Origin: Stegostoma tigrinum
Lineage: Eukaryota
Direction: 5' to 3'
Assembly (NCBI RefSeq): GCF_030684315.1
Contig: NC_081382.1
Coordinates: forward strand, 12,091,267 to 12,155,266
Length of the DNA stretch: 64,000 bases
Shown here: positions 25,055 to 38,409 of the stretch, in pieces
Layout of the letters: every line of letters starts with the position of its first letter
Numbering within the stretch: position 1 is the stretch's first letter
Notes under the pieces: model-generated
What the model saw: the letters and a program-made list of their open reading frames with translations, nothing else
Told to the model about the DNA's origin: nothing
Database searches by the model: none
Program-made: the position numbers and the translations under genes

Positions 25055-27250
25055 TCACCCTGTATTCTCATAACATCCTCCTCACATTTCACACTACCAC
25101 CCAACTTTGTGTCATCAGCAAATTTGCTAATATTACTTTTAACGCCTTTGTCTATGTCATTAATATATATTGTAAACAGCTGTGGTCCCAGCACTGAACC
25201 TTGTGGTACCCCACTGGTCACTGCCTGCCATTCTGAAAGGGACACGTTTTTCACTACTCTTTGCTTCCTGTCAGCCAGCCAATTTTCAATCCAACTCAGT
25301 ATTTTGTCCCCAATACCATGTGCCCTAATTTTGCTCACCGATCTCCTATGCGGGACTTTATCAAAGGCTTTCTGAAAGTCCAGGTACACTACATCCACTG
25401 GTTCTCCCTTATCCATCTTCATAGATACATCCTCAAAAAATTCCAGAAGATTAGTCAAGCACGATTTCCCCTTCATAATTCCATGCTGACTCTGACCTAT
25501 CCTGTTACTGCTATCCAAATGAGTCACAATTTCATCTTTTATAATTGACTCCAGCATCTTTCCCACCACTGACATCAGGCTAACCGGTCTATAATTTCCT
25601 GTTTTCTTTCTCCCTCCTTTCTTGAAAACTGGGACAACAGTAGCCACCCTCCAATCCACAGGAACTGATTCTGCATCTTTAGAATCTTGGAAAATGATTA
25701 CCAATGCATCCACAATTTCTAGAGTCACCTCCTTAAGTACCCTGGGATGCAGACCATCAGGTCCCGGGGACTTATCGGCCTTCAGATCTAACAGTCTATC
25801 CAATACTATTTCCTGCCTAATATAAATACCCTTCAGTTTGTCCATTACCCTCGGTCCTTCAGCCACTATTGCTTGTGACTTCCCTCGTGAAGACAGTTCC
25901 AAAGTACCTATTCAACTCTTCTGCCATTTCCTTGTTCCCCATAATAAATTCACCCGTTTCTGACTCCAAGGGCCCAATTTTCATCTTAACCAATTTTTTT
26001 CTTTACACATACCTAAAAAGCTTTTACTATCTTCCTTTATATTTTTGGCCAGTTTTCCTTCATAGCTCATTTTTTCTCTGTGTATTGCCTTTCTGGTTAT
26101 CCTCTGTTGCTCTTTAAAAGCTTCCCAGTCCTCCGGCTTCCCACTCATCTTTGCTATGTTATGCTTCTTCTCATTTATCTTTATACAGTCCTTAACTTCC
26201 CTCATCAGCCACGGCCGTCCCTGCCTCCCCTGAGGATCTTTCTTCCTCTTTAGAATGAACTAATCCTGCACCTTCTGCATTATGTCCAGAAATACCTGCC
26301 ATTGTGTTCCACTGCCTTCCCTGCTCGGACATTGTACCATTGAACTTTGGCCAGCTCCCCCCTCATAGCTCCATAGCTCCCTTTATTCAACTGCAATACT
26401 GACACTCCCGATTCTCCCTTCTCCCTCTCAAACTGCAGATTAAAACTTATCATATTATGGTCACTACCTCCTAATGGATCCTTTACTTTGAGGTCCCTGA
26501 TCAAATCCGGTTCATTGCACAACACCAGATCCAGAATTGCCTTCTCCCTGGTAGGCTCCAGTACAATCTGTTCCAAGAATCCATCTCGGAGGCACTCCAC
26601 AAACTGCCTTTCTTGGGGTCCAGTACCATCCTGATTCTCCCAGTCTACTCGCATGTTGAAATCTCCCATAACAACTGTAGTGATACCTTTGTGACAGGCC
26701 AATTTCAACTCTTGATTCAACTTACATGCTACATCCTGACTACTGTTTGGGGGCCTGTAGATAACTCCCATTAGGGTCTTTCTATCATTAGAATTTCTCA
26801 GCTCTATCCATGCTGACTCTACATCTCCTGATTCTATGTCCCCCCTCGCAAGGGACTGAATATCATCCCTCACCAACAGGGCCACCCCACCCCCTCTGCC
26901 CACCAGTCTGTCCTAGCGATAGCACATATAGCATTGAATATTCATTTCCCAGGCCCTGTCCACTTGAAGCCACGTCTCAGTTATCCCCACAACATCGTAC
27001 CTGCCAACTTCCAACTGAGCCTCAAGCTCATCCACCTTATTTCTTATACTTCATGCATTCATATCTAATATTTTTAATTTGTTTCTCCCCTCACCCTTCC
27101 TATCAATCCCTATTTCACTTGGCCATACTGTACAATCCCTTCTTGAGTTTTCTGCTCTGTTGATTCTGGTATCTTTCTTAACTTCTCTTATTCACACTTT
27201 CCCTTTAACTTCATTCTTAAATTTCCAGTTTGTCCCCTCCCCCATTACTT
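25055..27250 (-). pseudogene. CR1-B ORF2, disrupted and 3'-truncated
   Basis: GGGVALL, YRPP, GDFN, SDH, SPGPDG, YRPVSL, DFQKAFD, PQGSVLGP and FADD are spread over several frames. Confidence 0.9.
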
Positions 27251-28179
27251 AGTTTAAACACACCTGTGTTGCAGTGGCAAACCTGCCTGCCAGAATGGTG
27301 GGCCCCCCCCCACCTATTAAGATGCAAACCGTCCCTCCTGTACAATTTATCCTTACCCCAAAACATACCCCAGTGATCCAAGAATTTAAATCCTTGCTTC
27401 TGGTACCAGTCCCTCAGCCACACGTTCAAGTCCATTATCTCTCTGTTCCTGCCCTCTCCAGCCCGAGGATCTGGAAGCAAACCGGAGATAACCACCCCGG
27501 AAGTCCTGCTTTTCAGCCTTCTTCCGAGTTCTCTGAAGTCCCGCTGTAGAATGCTCCTCCTTTTCTTCCCGACGTCATTAGTGCCGACATGCACCACCAC
27601 CTCTGGCGCTTCACCTTCACCCTCGAGGATTTTCTGCACTCTATCAGTGACATCCTGGATCCTGGCACCAGGAAGGCAACACACCATCCTCAAATCTCGC
27701 CTGTTGCCGCAGAAACCCCTGTCAGTCCCTCTCACAATGGAGTCCCCTGTTACCACAGCTCTCCGTGATGTCTGACTTCTCGGCTCTGCCTCTACACCAA
27801 TTTTTGACTCGCAGACCTGTCCACCTCTCAGACTGGCAGTGTCATCTGTCTCGACAGTTTCCAAGACAGTCAGCCTGTTTACAATAGGTGCTTCCCCTGG
27901 GGTCTCTCGTACATCATTCATGTTGTCCTTCGTCATCGACATTCCACTTCTCTCTTCTGGTATCCTCGGTGTAATGACCTCGCTGAAGGCCCTGTCCAGA
28001 AAATTCTCATTCTCTCGGATGAGCCTGAGGTCATCTAGTTCTTTCTTCAGGGCTGCAACAACCTCCTTCAGAAGCTGAATGTGTACACACTTACCACAGC
28101 TATAGGAGCCAGAAACATCATCAGTGTCCCTGACTTCCCACATCATGCACACAGCACACTGAATCAGCTTGGCAGTCAT
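27217..28179 (-). CDS. CR1-B ORF1 (Zn finger, coiled coil, SGNH esterase); C-terminus probably frameshifted at a poly-C run near 27303
   Basis: CAVC..CGKC, GDS, GTND, DGLH. Similarity to CR1-A ORF1 is lost after LHLNRWG. Confidence 0.85.
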   Translation of the reverse strand: MTAKLIQCAVCMMWEVRDTDDVSGSYSCGKCVHIQLLKEVVAALKKELDDLRLIRENENFLDRAFSEVITPRIPEERSGMSMTKDNMNDVRETPGEAPIVNRLTVLETVETDDTASLRGGQVCESKIGVEAEPRSQTSRRAVVTGDSIVRGTDRGFCGNRRDLRMVCCLPGARIQDVTDRVQKILEGEGEAPEVVVHVGTNDVGKKRRSILQRDFRELGRRLKSRTSGVVISGLLPDPRAGEGRNREIMDLNVWLRDWYQKQGFKFLDHWGMFWGKDKLYRRDGLHLNRWGGAHHSGRQVCHCNTGVFKLSNGGGDKLEI

Positions 28180-28734
28180 GTCTTCACCCTCTTCAACAGT
28201 GGCGTAATTTCCTCACTGAGCCTCTTCGCCGAAAACTCCTGAGCCAAAGACTTGCACTTTACTCACGAGGCACTTCCCTCAACCCTTGTTTTTCGCTGTG
28301 AGTCTGTGGACTCTTAATTAGGTTAGAGGAGGAGGGTGGGACGGGTGGGAGGGAGGCCCTACTGTGTAGGACCTGGGGCCGAGAACACACCTACTTAAAT
28401 AGCACTCACTTACCTTCGCAACTGCCTCTCTGCCCTGACCTCACTTCCGCCCGGCTCACGCTGCTCTCTGCTGCAAAAAGATTTGTTAAAGTCTCTCATC
28501 TTGCACTTATCGTGATAATTTACAATAAAACCACCGTAAATGGAACATCATGCTTATATTTCATGAAAGAGCATATTGATTCGTTGTCAAATGGGCCCTT
28601 ATTGGTAGAGACATTGTTACAGATAATTCATCAGTTAAATGATGACTGATGGTTAACTGCCAAGTTTTGTTTAAATTTATACCAAGTAGATGGATTCTGA
28701 AAGCCATGATTGCCAACCAGTCAAAGTATGTCCT

Positions 28735-28925
28735 TCGCTACCTCGGTTGGCTGGACAACTGGTTTGCAATGCAGAGTGGTGCCAGCGGCATGAGTTCAAT
28801 TCCTACACCAGAAACCTTTCACCTTGCCTGAGGCGTGGTGATCCTTGGATTAAGCCACCATAAACTGTTTGTTCCTATTGAGAGAGCAATCCTGTGGTCT
28901 TGCAATGCTATGTTGACTTTATCTT
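28735..28925 (+). mobile_element. Probable tRNA-derived SINE, old
   Basis: A-box-like CTCGGTTGGCTGG and B-box-like GAGTTCAATTCC, with a short T-rich end. Confidence 0.45.
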
Positions 28926-31582
28926 ATGAAGTAAGTAGTTGTTGCAATATTGAACAATATAGATTATGGGAAAGCTGGCCAACACACTGGCTCAGGTTTT
29001 GTTTTTTATCAGTGGCAAACAAATGATACACGCTGCCTATTGATTTTTCTTGGGCTTGTTGGCAACAATTTATGGTCCCTCGACTCTGATACATTGCAGT
29101 GTGCTCTAGAGGGACCTCTGTGAACTGCGCAAACAAGGAACTATCTCCCTACGAAACAAGCAACTTGAAGAATTATCATTGTAACACTGAGTCTAATCCA
29201 GGAAACGACAGAATATTTAATTTAATGCAGAATAGTTTGCTGAAGGCAAAGGAAAGGTAAGAAAGATTGGATGAAAAGAGAAATGCAAAAACAAGGGAAA
29301 GAAAAAGTATGATTTAATTTTGACAATACCTCAAAGAAAATTTGAAAGAATGTAATGAAACATTTGTAAGAGTTCATTTTTACTGCTAACAAGATTGACA
29401 TTAATTAAAATTTACCATGCCATAAAAATTAGTCTATTATTGAGTGTACACAGCCTGAATTGCTCTGGCATATTTAATGAACTGATGGGTAAGATCAGCA
29501 ACTTTACACACAACATGTATTTTAATACCAAGTTTCGTGATAAGCCCAGCTATTAATAAGTTTGAAGAAGAGCACGTTAAATTGTACATTGACATCCTGA
29601 ACTCCACCCTTCATGGGCTGACATCTGAATTTGCTGTCTGATTTGTTCCATAATAATGATAAGCACTGACTGTCTCTCTGTTATCATCTGTTGAGTATGA
29701 GGGTCTTCACAGGAGGCATGAACTTTGATGTCCTGGGATGCAGAATTATGTATATCTGAAACAGACTAATATTGAATTATTACCCTGAAAATGAATTGAT
29801 CCCTTTAATTTGTCACTGTTACCTTTGTTCACTCTGTGAGATTGCTTCTCATCTGGTAAGAATACACCATGGGGTCTCATTTATCTCACCTGTGCTGATG
29901 TGACACTTGGCTCCCTGCAGGGATCGAGTGTGAGGGAAGAAAAAAGTGAATAATATGAAAAAATATTCTGCTCCTGGGCTTTGCTTCCATTCCAATGACT
30001 GTATATTTGATGGTTTGCTCCGCTGTAATTACATTCTCTTCCATTGTCTGCTCATGTATCTTTTAAGTCAAGTATTGCTGCTTATTCTACCAGCACTAAC
30101 TTTCAAATATTTTCATGGTAAATGATTATTTTACGCTATGCCCATCTTATCGAAGAGCCATATGGGAATCTGGGCTGGTCCAAAATACAATTACCATATG
30201 ACCTTGTGAAACACGTGGGATGGTGTAATCAGTTTCTGTGCCTCTGACTCACTGGACCCTGTCTTCTTGTTGTTGTCACTTCTTGTTCTAATATAGTAGC
30301 TGCATTAAATAGTGACAATTAAAAGTTAAAGCATTTGCAATTCACTGAAACTGAGTTAACAAGGGTCTTGGAAGGAAACCTTGGTAATGAGTCATAACTG
30401 AGGACTGTGCCAACTTTTTTTTCAGATTCCTCTGCTTAGATAATCATGGCCTTCATGTATTCTTTATGTATTGCAGCAGGAGGTAACAGAGGATGATATT
30501 AAAATAAATCGGGTTGTTTAGCTGCTGCTTGTACAATGATAAAGAGGGTCATTAAACATTCACAATGGAAGCTCACCAAGGAGCAAATGCACGTACCTGA
30601 CAGAATGCAGTGTTGAAATATTTACACAAACTATTTATAAAAACTGTATGCCTGAATGTTAGTTAGAGATATAATGCATTGTTGAATTAATGTTTCCCAA
30701 AGCCCTACTCACTGCCAATGTCCTTTTCTTCATGACAGTTAATTCTTCAATTCTACTCACTTCCTTGAATCTCTACAACTGTAATAGTTTTGCACCAATG
30801 GCTCCGAGACTCTGAAAGATGTAATGATGTATCTGGGGATGTCAGAAATGTCAGTGTTAAAAATATCAGTCCAAATGTTGATCACTTTAGGAATATAAAA
30901 TACTTGATGATTTGCAGTTGAGGCTCTTTAAATTATAATGGTGATAAAAAGAAAATAAATTAGATCTTATAGATCTTAAATTGTTGTAGAATAATGTTGT
31001 TGATCTCAAGTATTCTTTAAAGTAAAACTAATGCTCTTTTTGAGACACATCTTTGAAGCGATGTTGTATTTTCAAACTATTGCAGGGAGAGAAGTAAAAG
31101 GAAATAAAAGGTTTCTAGCGAAACATAATAATTTTTATTCGGAGGATGCTTTGTTTTCAGCGATACACTTTCGAACTAAGTCACTCTGTGAGCTGCATCA
31201 CTATTTTGTTGCTGTTATTGCTATGAAAAATGGCGTCACTGATGCATATTGCACTCCCTGGCATTGGGAGGGTGGTCAGCTTCAGACCTCAAATTTTAAT
31301 TCAGGGCCAGAGGGTGTTGATTCATTAGGATAATGTTAGCATGATGCAAATAATTTATAATGCCCAGAAGAATTTTTCTGAAGCCTATTTTTTTTTCAAA
31401 GTGGTAAGTATACAATATTTTAAAACTTTTCCAGATGGCTTTGGAGTTTAACAAGCTTGTCTACTTGATTCCTCTTCAGTATCTACATGTACTGATGATT
31501 TGGAGCTGTCTGATTCTGCCCTTCAGCACCGCAGCTGATTAAACCTGGATATGTTGAAGGCTCTTGAATTTTCAATAACGAT

Positions 31583-31828
31583 CAAGAACAGAAGTTGCTG
31601 GAAAAGCTCAGCAGGTCTGGCAGCCTCTGTGAAGAAAAAATCAGAGTAAACATTTCGTGTCCAGTCACCCTTCCTCAAAACTACCACAATTCTGAGGAAG
31701 AGTCACCGGATCCGAAACGTTAACTGATTTTTTTTCTTCACAGTTGCTGCCAGACCTGCTGAGCTTTTCCAGCAACTTCTGTTTTTGTTTCTAATTTACA
31801 GAATCTGCAGTTCTTTTGCTTTTTTCTC
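31583..31828. mobile_element. PLE-derived fold-back mini-element with two opposed HHR motifs and 11-bp TSD
   Basis: Arms AACAGAAGTTGCTGGAAAAGCTCAGCAGGTCTGGCAGC / GCTGCCAGACCTGCTGAGCTTTTCCAGCAACTTCTGTT. The + strand HHR is at 31692-31721 and a degenerate - strand HHR at 31649-31677. Flanks are TCAATAACGAT / TCAATAACAAT. Confidence 0.8.
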
Positions 31829-34800
31829 TCAATAACAATGTTTGTTATCTGTTAAGGGACAATTAAAAGGAGACTTGTAACACTGGTTATAGATCTTATA
31901 AACATTGCTCTTTAAGCAAATTTAATTAGGGCCTATAGAGCAAGAACCATTGCAGTAACATTCAACTACTCACCTTAAGTTGGACAAAAGAACTGACTTG
32001 TAAAGGGGCATGATGAATTAAAGTATAAACAACAATTGGAAGATAACTTGTGTGCAGTCAATCAAAATTGAGACAAATTTACAAACAGACTGATTAACGA
32101 TCAATAGCCTACTGGGAAATGGATTGTTTGCACTGAAAATTCATTAAAATAAATGAGGTTGGGTAAGTTAACTGGGTTTGAAAGCGATGATGCGTAATAT
32201 TGTGGTTCAAACAGCTCTGCGAGAGAAAGGCTTGCATTTTTTTCATAGAATAGCAAGGGACTCCTGGTGTTAAACTATCCAAAGCCATATGGGACTGTTG
32301 AAGTGATGTATTAGCAGTTACAGATTCTCAATTAAAAGCATGTAAAAATCAAGCAGCTTTGGTCTTTTAGTATTTAAATATTTTGGGCTGGGTTTTTATG
32401 AAAAATACAGGTTCTTGTTTGGAACATGGCATCAGCCTTAATTGATCATATGGCAATATTAATTTGAAGAAAATTGCTTTATGCTGGTATGAAAATTGTT
32501 GATTATATTTTAATATTGACTGTATTTTAAAGATGTCAATATGTTTAGAAATAAATGGATTGAAAGTATATATAATATAATATTGAAGAGATTTATAAGC
32601 AGTGTCCTTGGGGATATCCATAAAAAGATATTGAAAACACATATCTTTTGTGCAAAAGCCTGTTTCTTGTGCAAAATATTACATAATAATTTTGACTGAT
32701 CTCAAAATAAAAGAAAATTGTTATCCAATTACTGTATTTTGAAACTTCAACACAATTCAATAAAATGATCTAAGTATCAACGACATGAATATTAACTGTT
32801 AATACTGACTTACTTCAGTCTACCTTCCATTTTTATTCAACTTCAACAGCAATTTTCCTTTCTGCAGCAACTACTACAAGAATACCAGAAACCAATTTGT
32901 TTAGCTCAACAGAAAGACTGTGATTTTTTTTTACTTTTTACTGATTTTGGAGATCTGTAAAATGGCAATTTTCAGCACAAGATAAGGGTTGTGTTAGTCA
33001 GTTCACTGGCTGCAACCACTGATGTACTTAATATTATTGGGAGGCCATATGGCCACTGTGAATGTTTGGTTGACACAATAATGGAGCATCCCAGAATATG
33101 GAATACCAACTCAAATGTCAGAAGAAAATGTTAATGGTAACTTATTCATTCTCACATGTGGATCCCTTCAACTGATCACTGTTGATAAACACTGCAAACT
33201 GCCTGCCTTTGTATCTACAATAAGGTTAGGGTCAGTTTGGCTGTGCAAATAGGTGAGCCAGAAGAGAAGGATAATGAGCCTGCAAAAAGCAAGAACTGTG
33301 AAAGGAGAGGACACTGAGGTTGAGGGAAAGAATTTTGAAAGAGTTCAAAGTCAATTAACCCACAGAATGACAATACTCTGAAGAGTAAAAACAGATAAAA
33401 GGAACACTTTACTATCAAGAGGGGAAACCCAAGCTTTCGTTGGTGAGCAGCGTGCAGGGGAGGGCAATAGTCCAAAAAAAGGGCAGCTCCAGTGGACACC
33501 TTTCCATTTTAAATCATTATTTAAAAAATAGGTATGGTCCACAGTGAGGCCAGAAGTGGGACCTCTAGAAGTGGTATTTCCCTACAGAACTACAACAAAC
33601 TTGCACATGAAAGAACAATGACAAAAAGTCAACATTTATTTTATGTTGCAGGTCCAGTTGTTGATAATATTTTGCTGACACAAGAATGGAGATTTTTTAG
33701 TCCATATGTTACACCATCATGCAATATTGGTTCAACAATCTACTGTTTGGAATCTCTTTGGCATCAGAGATTTTTCAAAGTGCAATGTCTGGAATTTTGC
33801 AAGGGAAGTGGAGAACCATTTTCCACGTGTATGATATTGAAGCAGAAAATAAATCAGGAATATGAACAAAACATCATCGCAGTATTAAGAAGGCAGGCCT
33901 AACACTAATCAAGAAATGCTGTTCGTCAAGAATGGCAATTACATTTCCAGGACACATATTCCAAGAACAAGGAGTCATGAAGGATCCAAGGAAGACAAAA
34001 TCCATCGATATTTTTTCCAAAACAGAAGTTTCAAATGATGTACAGAATTTGTTCAGCATGGTGAATCAAGTGGGAAAGCTTATCCCGAACTGAGCCAGTC
34101 TAACTTAACCCCTTGGAGACTTTTTGGTAAAAATAGACCAGTGATGATATTGGAATCAGGAACTGACTGCAGCTTTATAACTGTTTAAAAAGGAATAGCT
34201 TTCTACTGATGTTCCAGCATTTTACGATCTAAGCTTATTTCACTATGGTAACCACAGATGACTCTTCACAGGAGATGTGCCCAACAAAGTGAAAATTATT
34301 GGAAAAGAAAACCTATTAATCTCCTAAATTTCAAAATCACCACCCAGTGCACGTGAAAATGATACTAAAAATATTTTTTATAGGTAACAGACAACCCTAA
34401 GTCACAATGCATCTGTGAATGTGCAGGCTAACTCACCTGCACATGTGCAGATACAAAGTAAAATTGGAGTCCCTCTAGTGCATGTCATTTTACTTTACCC
34501 TGGATAATGCACCAACAGCAGTTCCAAACAGCACCAACCTGTAGTGGGATTATATGGACAGTGTTGTCTCTGTTCTGGGAGCTGCTATCCTGTCACTCTA
34601 CAATGGCATGGCACTGCAAGCCTCTGTCTCTACAAATCCACTGTTTCTAAACCACCTAGTGATGGTGTTAATAATAACTGCAACCATACATGTTATGTTG
34701 ACAGCTTTCATGGAAACTGAATCGTCCATTGAAAATATGGAGACGAAAGCATTCACAGTTACATTGCAATGCAAAAGGTTTGCAGTTGATACCCACGGAC

Positions 34801-34888
34801 TGAAATTCCAGGCCAAGATGAGCCACAAGCCTATGAAACTGTTGTTGACATCTAAGGAAATTGCAAAAACATTGTGAAGATTCAGGCT

Positions 34889-35222
34889 TAGACTAATGAG
34901 GAGTCAATTATGAGGGGACATATGTTTAAGATAAAAGGGACCAAGTTTAAAGGACATATGAAAGGCAGGTTTTTTATACAGAGGATGGAAATTGCCTGGA
35001 ATGTGCTGCTGGAGGGTGTGGTGGAAGCTAATACAATAGCAATGTTTAAGAGACATCTTGATAGGTATATGAATTGGCAGGGAATAGAGGGATACAGACC
35101 ACTTAGAGGCAAAGTGTTTTTACTTTAGAAAACTATCATGTGTTGTAACAGCCTTGGTGGGCCAAAGGGCCTGTTCTTGTGTTCTCTCCTTTGAATCTTT
35201 GTTTTTGGTTCTTTGTTCTTTG
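34889..35222 (+). mobile_element. CR1 3' fragment
   Basis: RGHMFKIKG..GRFFIQR..AWNVL..FKRHLDRYM, then GGGCCAAAGGGCCTGTT and a (GTTCTTT)n-like tail. Confidence 0.85.
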
Positions 35223-35340
35223 AGATTAAACTGAAATAACTCCACACAGGCCAATATCCCATTACCAAGTCACCCTATATTTATACATAGAAAATCCTTG
35301 ACATCAGTCCATCTCTTTCAGAGCCAGGTCACAGAATGAC

Positions 35341-35418
35341 TCCTGAGATGCTGCTTGGCCTGCTGTGTTCATCCATCTTCACACTTTATCATCCAGCTTC
35401 ACACTTTATTATCTTGGA
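35341..35418 (+). mobile_element. Short PLE terminal fragment with internal stutter duplication
   Basis: TCCTGAGATGCTGCTTGGCCTGCTGTGTTCATCC matches 50494-50527. CTTCACACTTTAT is repeated twice. Confidence 0.75.
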
Positions 35419-38409
35419 ACGTTTGACATTCCTGTTTTTATCTGTACCCCCAGGCTCCCTGATTGGACCAGATTAACAGCCCCTGTCTGGGAACCCATAT
35501 TCAGTGATGCCCACCTTGCGAAACTTGTTATAATCGCTACACGATAATGTCATAGACTGTGCTCGAGCCAATGCAGAAATAATTGCTAACACAAGGGCAG
35601 CAGTTGACCAAATAGAAAAGAAAGACCTAATTCTTAGTGAAGTAGAATCTTATTGTCTGACAATAGCCTATATTAAGGTGGCAACTGAAGGAGCACTCAG
35701 AGAAATTCATGCAGCTCAAAAATCTGACAACTTGCTCACAAAAGCCAGGCAACTCAGTCCGCGAGGGTTGGTGAATTATACTCTGACATGCAATGAAAAT
35801 TATCCTCACTGAAAACAATACTGAAAGATTGATTGATATATGACCATAAAATGGTCATAGCACATTTGTTGAGGGAACAAATTCTACAGAGACTCCTTAG
35901 GAGACATCTTAACATCACAATGTGCAGAGAAAGCACTCTACCACAAGTCAGATGGGCAGGCATTTCAAAAGATGGGTGCAGAATTACATTTGTTTTGCAA
36001 AATGTTTAGTGTAAACAGCCATATGCTTACACCCATTATAATTTCATCAAAATTTCCCAAAGACACCCTGGGAAAGACCAGCACTGAATATGTTCCATTA
36101 TAGAACATAGAATACTTAGTTTTAGTCAGAATGAATTGAAATGGTAAAGACTTCATTTAACCATGGTTGACTCAGTGATTGGAGCACTGAAAAGAACCAA
36201 TGCAATGTCTTGTTTCCCTGAAGAACCAGGATCAAACAAAGACTTCAATTCATGAATGAGGTACTCAGAAAGTTCCCTTCACAGGCAGGAATTATCCATT
36301 CGGCACTATCACTCACTCTGTGAGGGAATGGTTAGGATTGTAAAGCCACTCATATATAAAAATGCTGATGGGGAATTAGCTCTACTCAGTTACAAAGCAA
36401 TAACATTTAATATAAGTGTGATAATCCCTTTAAGGTCCATGGGGAATTACTAATTAATCTTCCTGTGGATTTTGTTGAGTGTGATTCCCTTTGGCAGCAG
36501 GCAATGGCCTGCTGAACTGGAACTCATCACCTGAACCCTCTATAAAGCAGACCCAGGTATGGGGCTGCAGAACTGTCTGTCTCAGATAGGGACTAGTCTC
36601 TGTACACCACAAGTAATGGCTCTATTTTGGTGTTCAACAATAAATGATGTTCCTTTCCAGTTGGGCTTTCAGAGGCATTACACATGGATGTGAGTAGGCT
36701 GAGTTGTTAATGGGAAGAATATTCCAAACAGACATATAGGTTATAAAGTGCAATCTCAAGAGAAACATTATCTTCCACAACGTAAACAAAAATGGAGAGG
36801 CACCGCAGCAAAAAGCAAAAGTCATACAATTTTAGATAGAGAACAAAAGTGCCACAGATTTTAAAGCGAAGGAAAAAAAAATCTAGTTCAAAAGACAATA
36901 AGAAGCTGGTAGGGGACAGTCTTGAAAGAAACAGATCTTAAACCATCATCATACCTGAAAGGATATCAGGAGAAGTGAGAAAGTATCGATCTTCCTCAAA
37001 GCAAGAAGTAAAACTGAGTCTGATTATCATAGGACGTGGGACATAAGTACCCATGCCATATTGAATAGTGTACAGAGTGGTACAACAATTCTAAACATGG
37101 TTAAATGCCATCACCTTAGTGTGGAAATCAAGTGACACTGATCAGGACGTCCAGGCAGAGTTCCAGATTATCTGAGTCTCTGTGATTTGGACTTTGGGTA
37201 AAGGGAAGAGAGATAATTATCATGGTAGCGATGCTAATTATGTTAATAATGATGGTAAAGATGACAACAACCATGTAAGTAAGTAAATATAAATTGCTGG
37301 AATAATGCAGACAATGTAGAGTGTAACTTTTCACAGATGGAGCACAATGGAATTTGCAATTTACAATGATATAACTGGTGATGTGCCTCTGACATCAGTA
37401 AGAGAGATCAAAGGGTGGTGACAGATTAGAAGAAGCATGTAATGAACATAATCTTACTAATTACACTAGAAAGTTATATTTGGTAACCAGTAGATGTAAA
37501 CAGAAACATGATACAGCATATCATGGGGGGGAAGAATAGCCTGAAGCAGAGTCTTTGGGCAGATACCCACAACCAACAATACTTTAATGAACTATGTAGC
37601 AATGGTCAAAGCAGTATTAGCCAAAAGCATAAAATAACACAGCATTAGAGCCAAACCCAGGGCCGCCCCATCTCCTCTCAGAGGTCACAGGTCAGGATTG
37701 GTAACTATAGATCCTCTGTAGCCCTGAAGGAGAGGACAAGGTCACAATGGAGCTGAGCTCTAGCCCTGTTGCACTGCCTAAAATATGCTAATTCAAAGAA
37801 AAACAAGGTTTTATTCAGAAGACTGAATGATTTGACAATTCTATCAACTGATGTGTGTGATTTTTGTCTTTAGCTTTTCTGTAAACCCTTTGCCTCTCGT
37901 TATATTGATCACATTACAAAGAACATATTTCTAATCCCGTAAATGGCATCAATCAATCGTTTCATGAAATGTTAGCAAGTAAATCAGGTAGTGCCCATGG
38001 AACAGGCAAGACATTACGTCATTTGCAAAGATAAGGTGTCGTAATAGTTCCCAATGTAATGACCATAAATTATAAAAGGCTCTTAGCATCTGCAAGTAGA
38101 AGAAAGAAAGCAGTTAAAAAATGTAATAACTAACCACCATCCCCAATCTTGCCCCTACCATCCTGCAGCTGGCAGCATTCACTGTAATTGGATTTAAATA
38201 AAGTTGGGAACCCGTTTGGATGCACAGTTGACTACGTTTGAGCAGGCTACCAACCAAGAAAAAGTGGGCAATGAATTGAGGGGTAACAATGCAGATTTAC
38301 CTTTTGGCTTGAAGGTTCGCCAGGGCCAATAGTACACTGACGACACACAAACCAGGTGGAGCCCCAGTGAATTTCAATCCAGTAAATTATAATCAGCTAT
38401 ATTCATTTT

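Larger units (their letters stand above)
25055..28478 (-). mobile_element. CR1-clade LINE B (different family), 5' part present, 3' end missing
   Basis: 5' UTR, ORF1, APE and RT are present up to FADDTKLGGSVKCEEDVMRIQGD, which abuts the 5' UTR of CR1-A. Confidence 0.92.
33600..36150 (+). pseudogene. Degenerate Ty3/Gypsy pol (RT, RNase H, integrase), interrupted by younger repeats
   Basis: Manual translation gives WFNNLLFGISLASEIFQSAMSGILQG, DPRKTKSI..FSMVNQVGKLIPN, METESSIENMETKAFTVT..GLKFQAKMSHKPM (ORF 34554-34877), RHLNITMCRE..VRWAGISKD and FPKTPWER. Confidence 0.75.

Noticed and set aside
21064-28078. Plus-strand and alternative-frame ORFs over the CR1 elements
   Set aside because: Shadows of LINE ORF1/ORF2 with no independent motifs.
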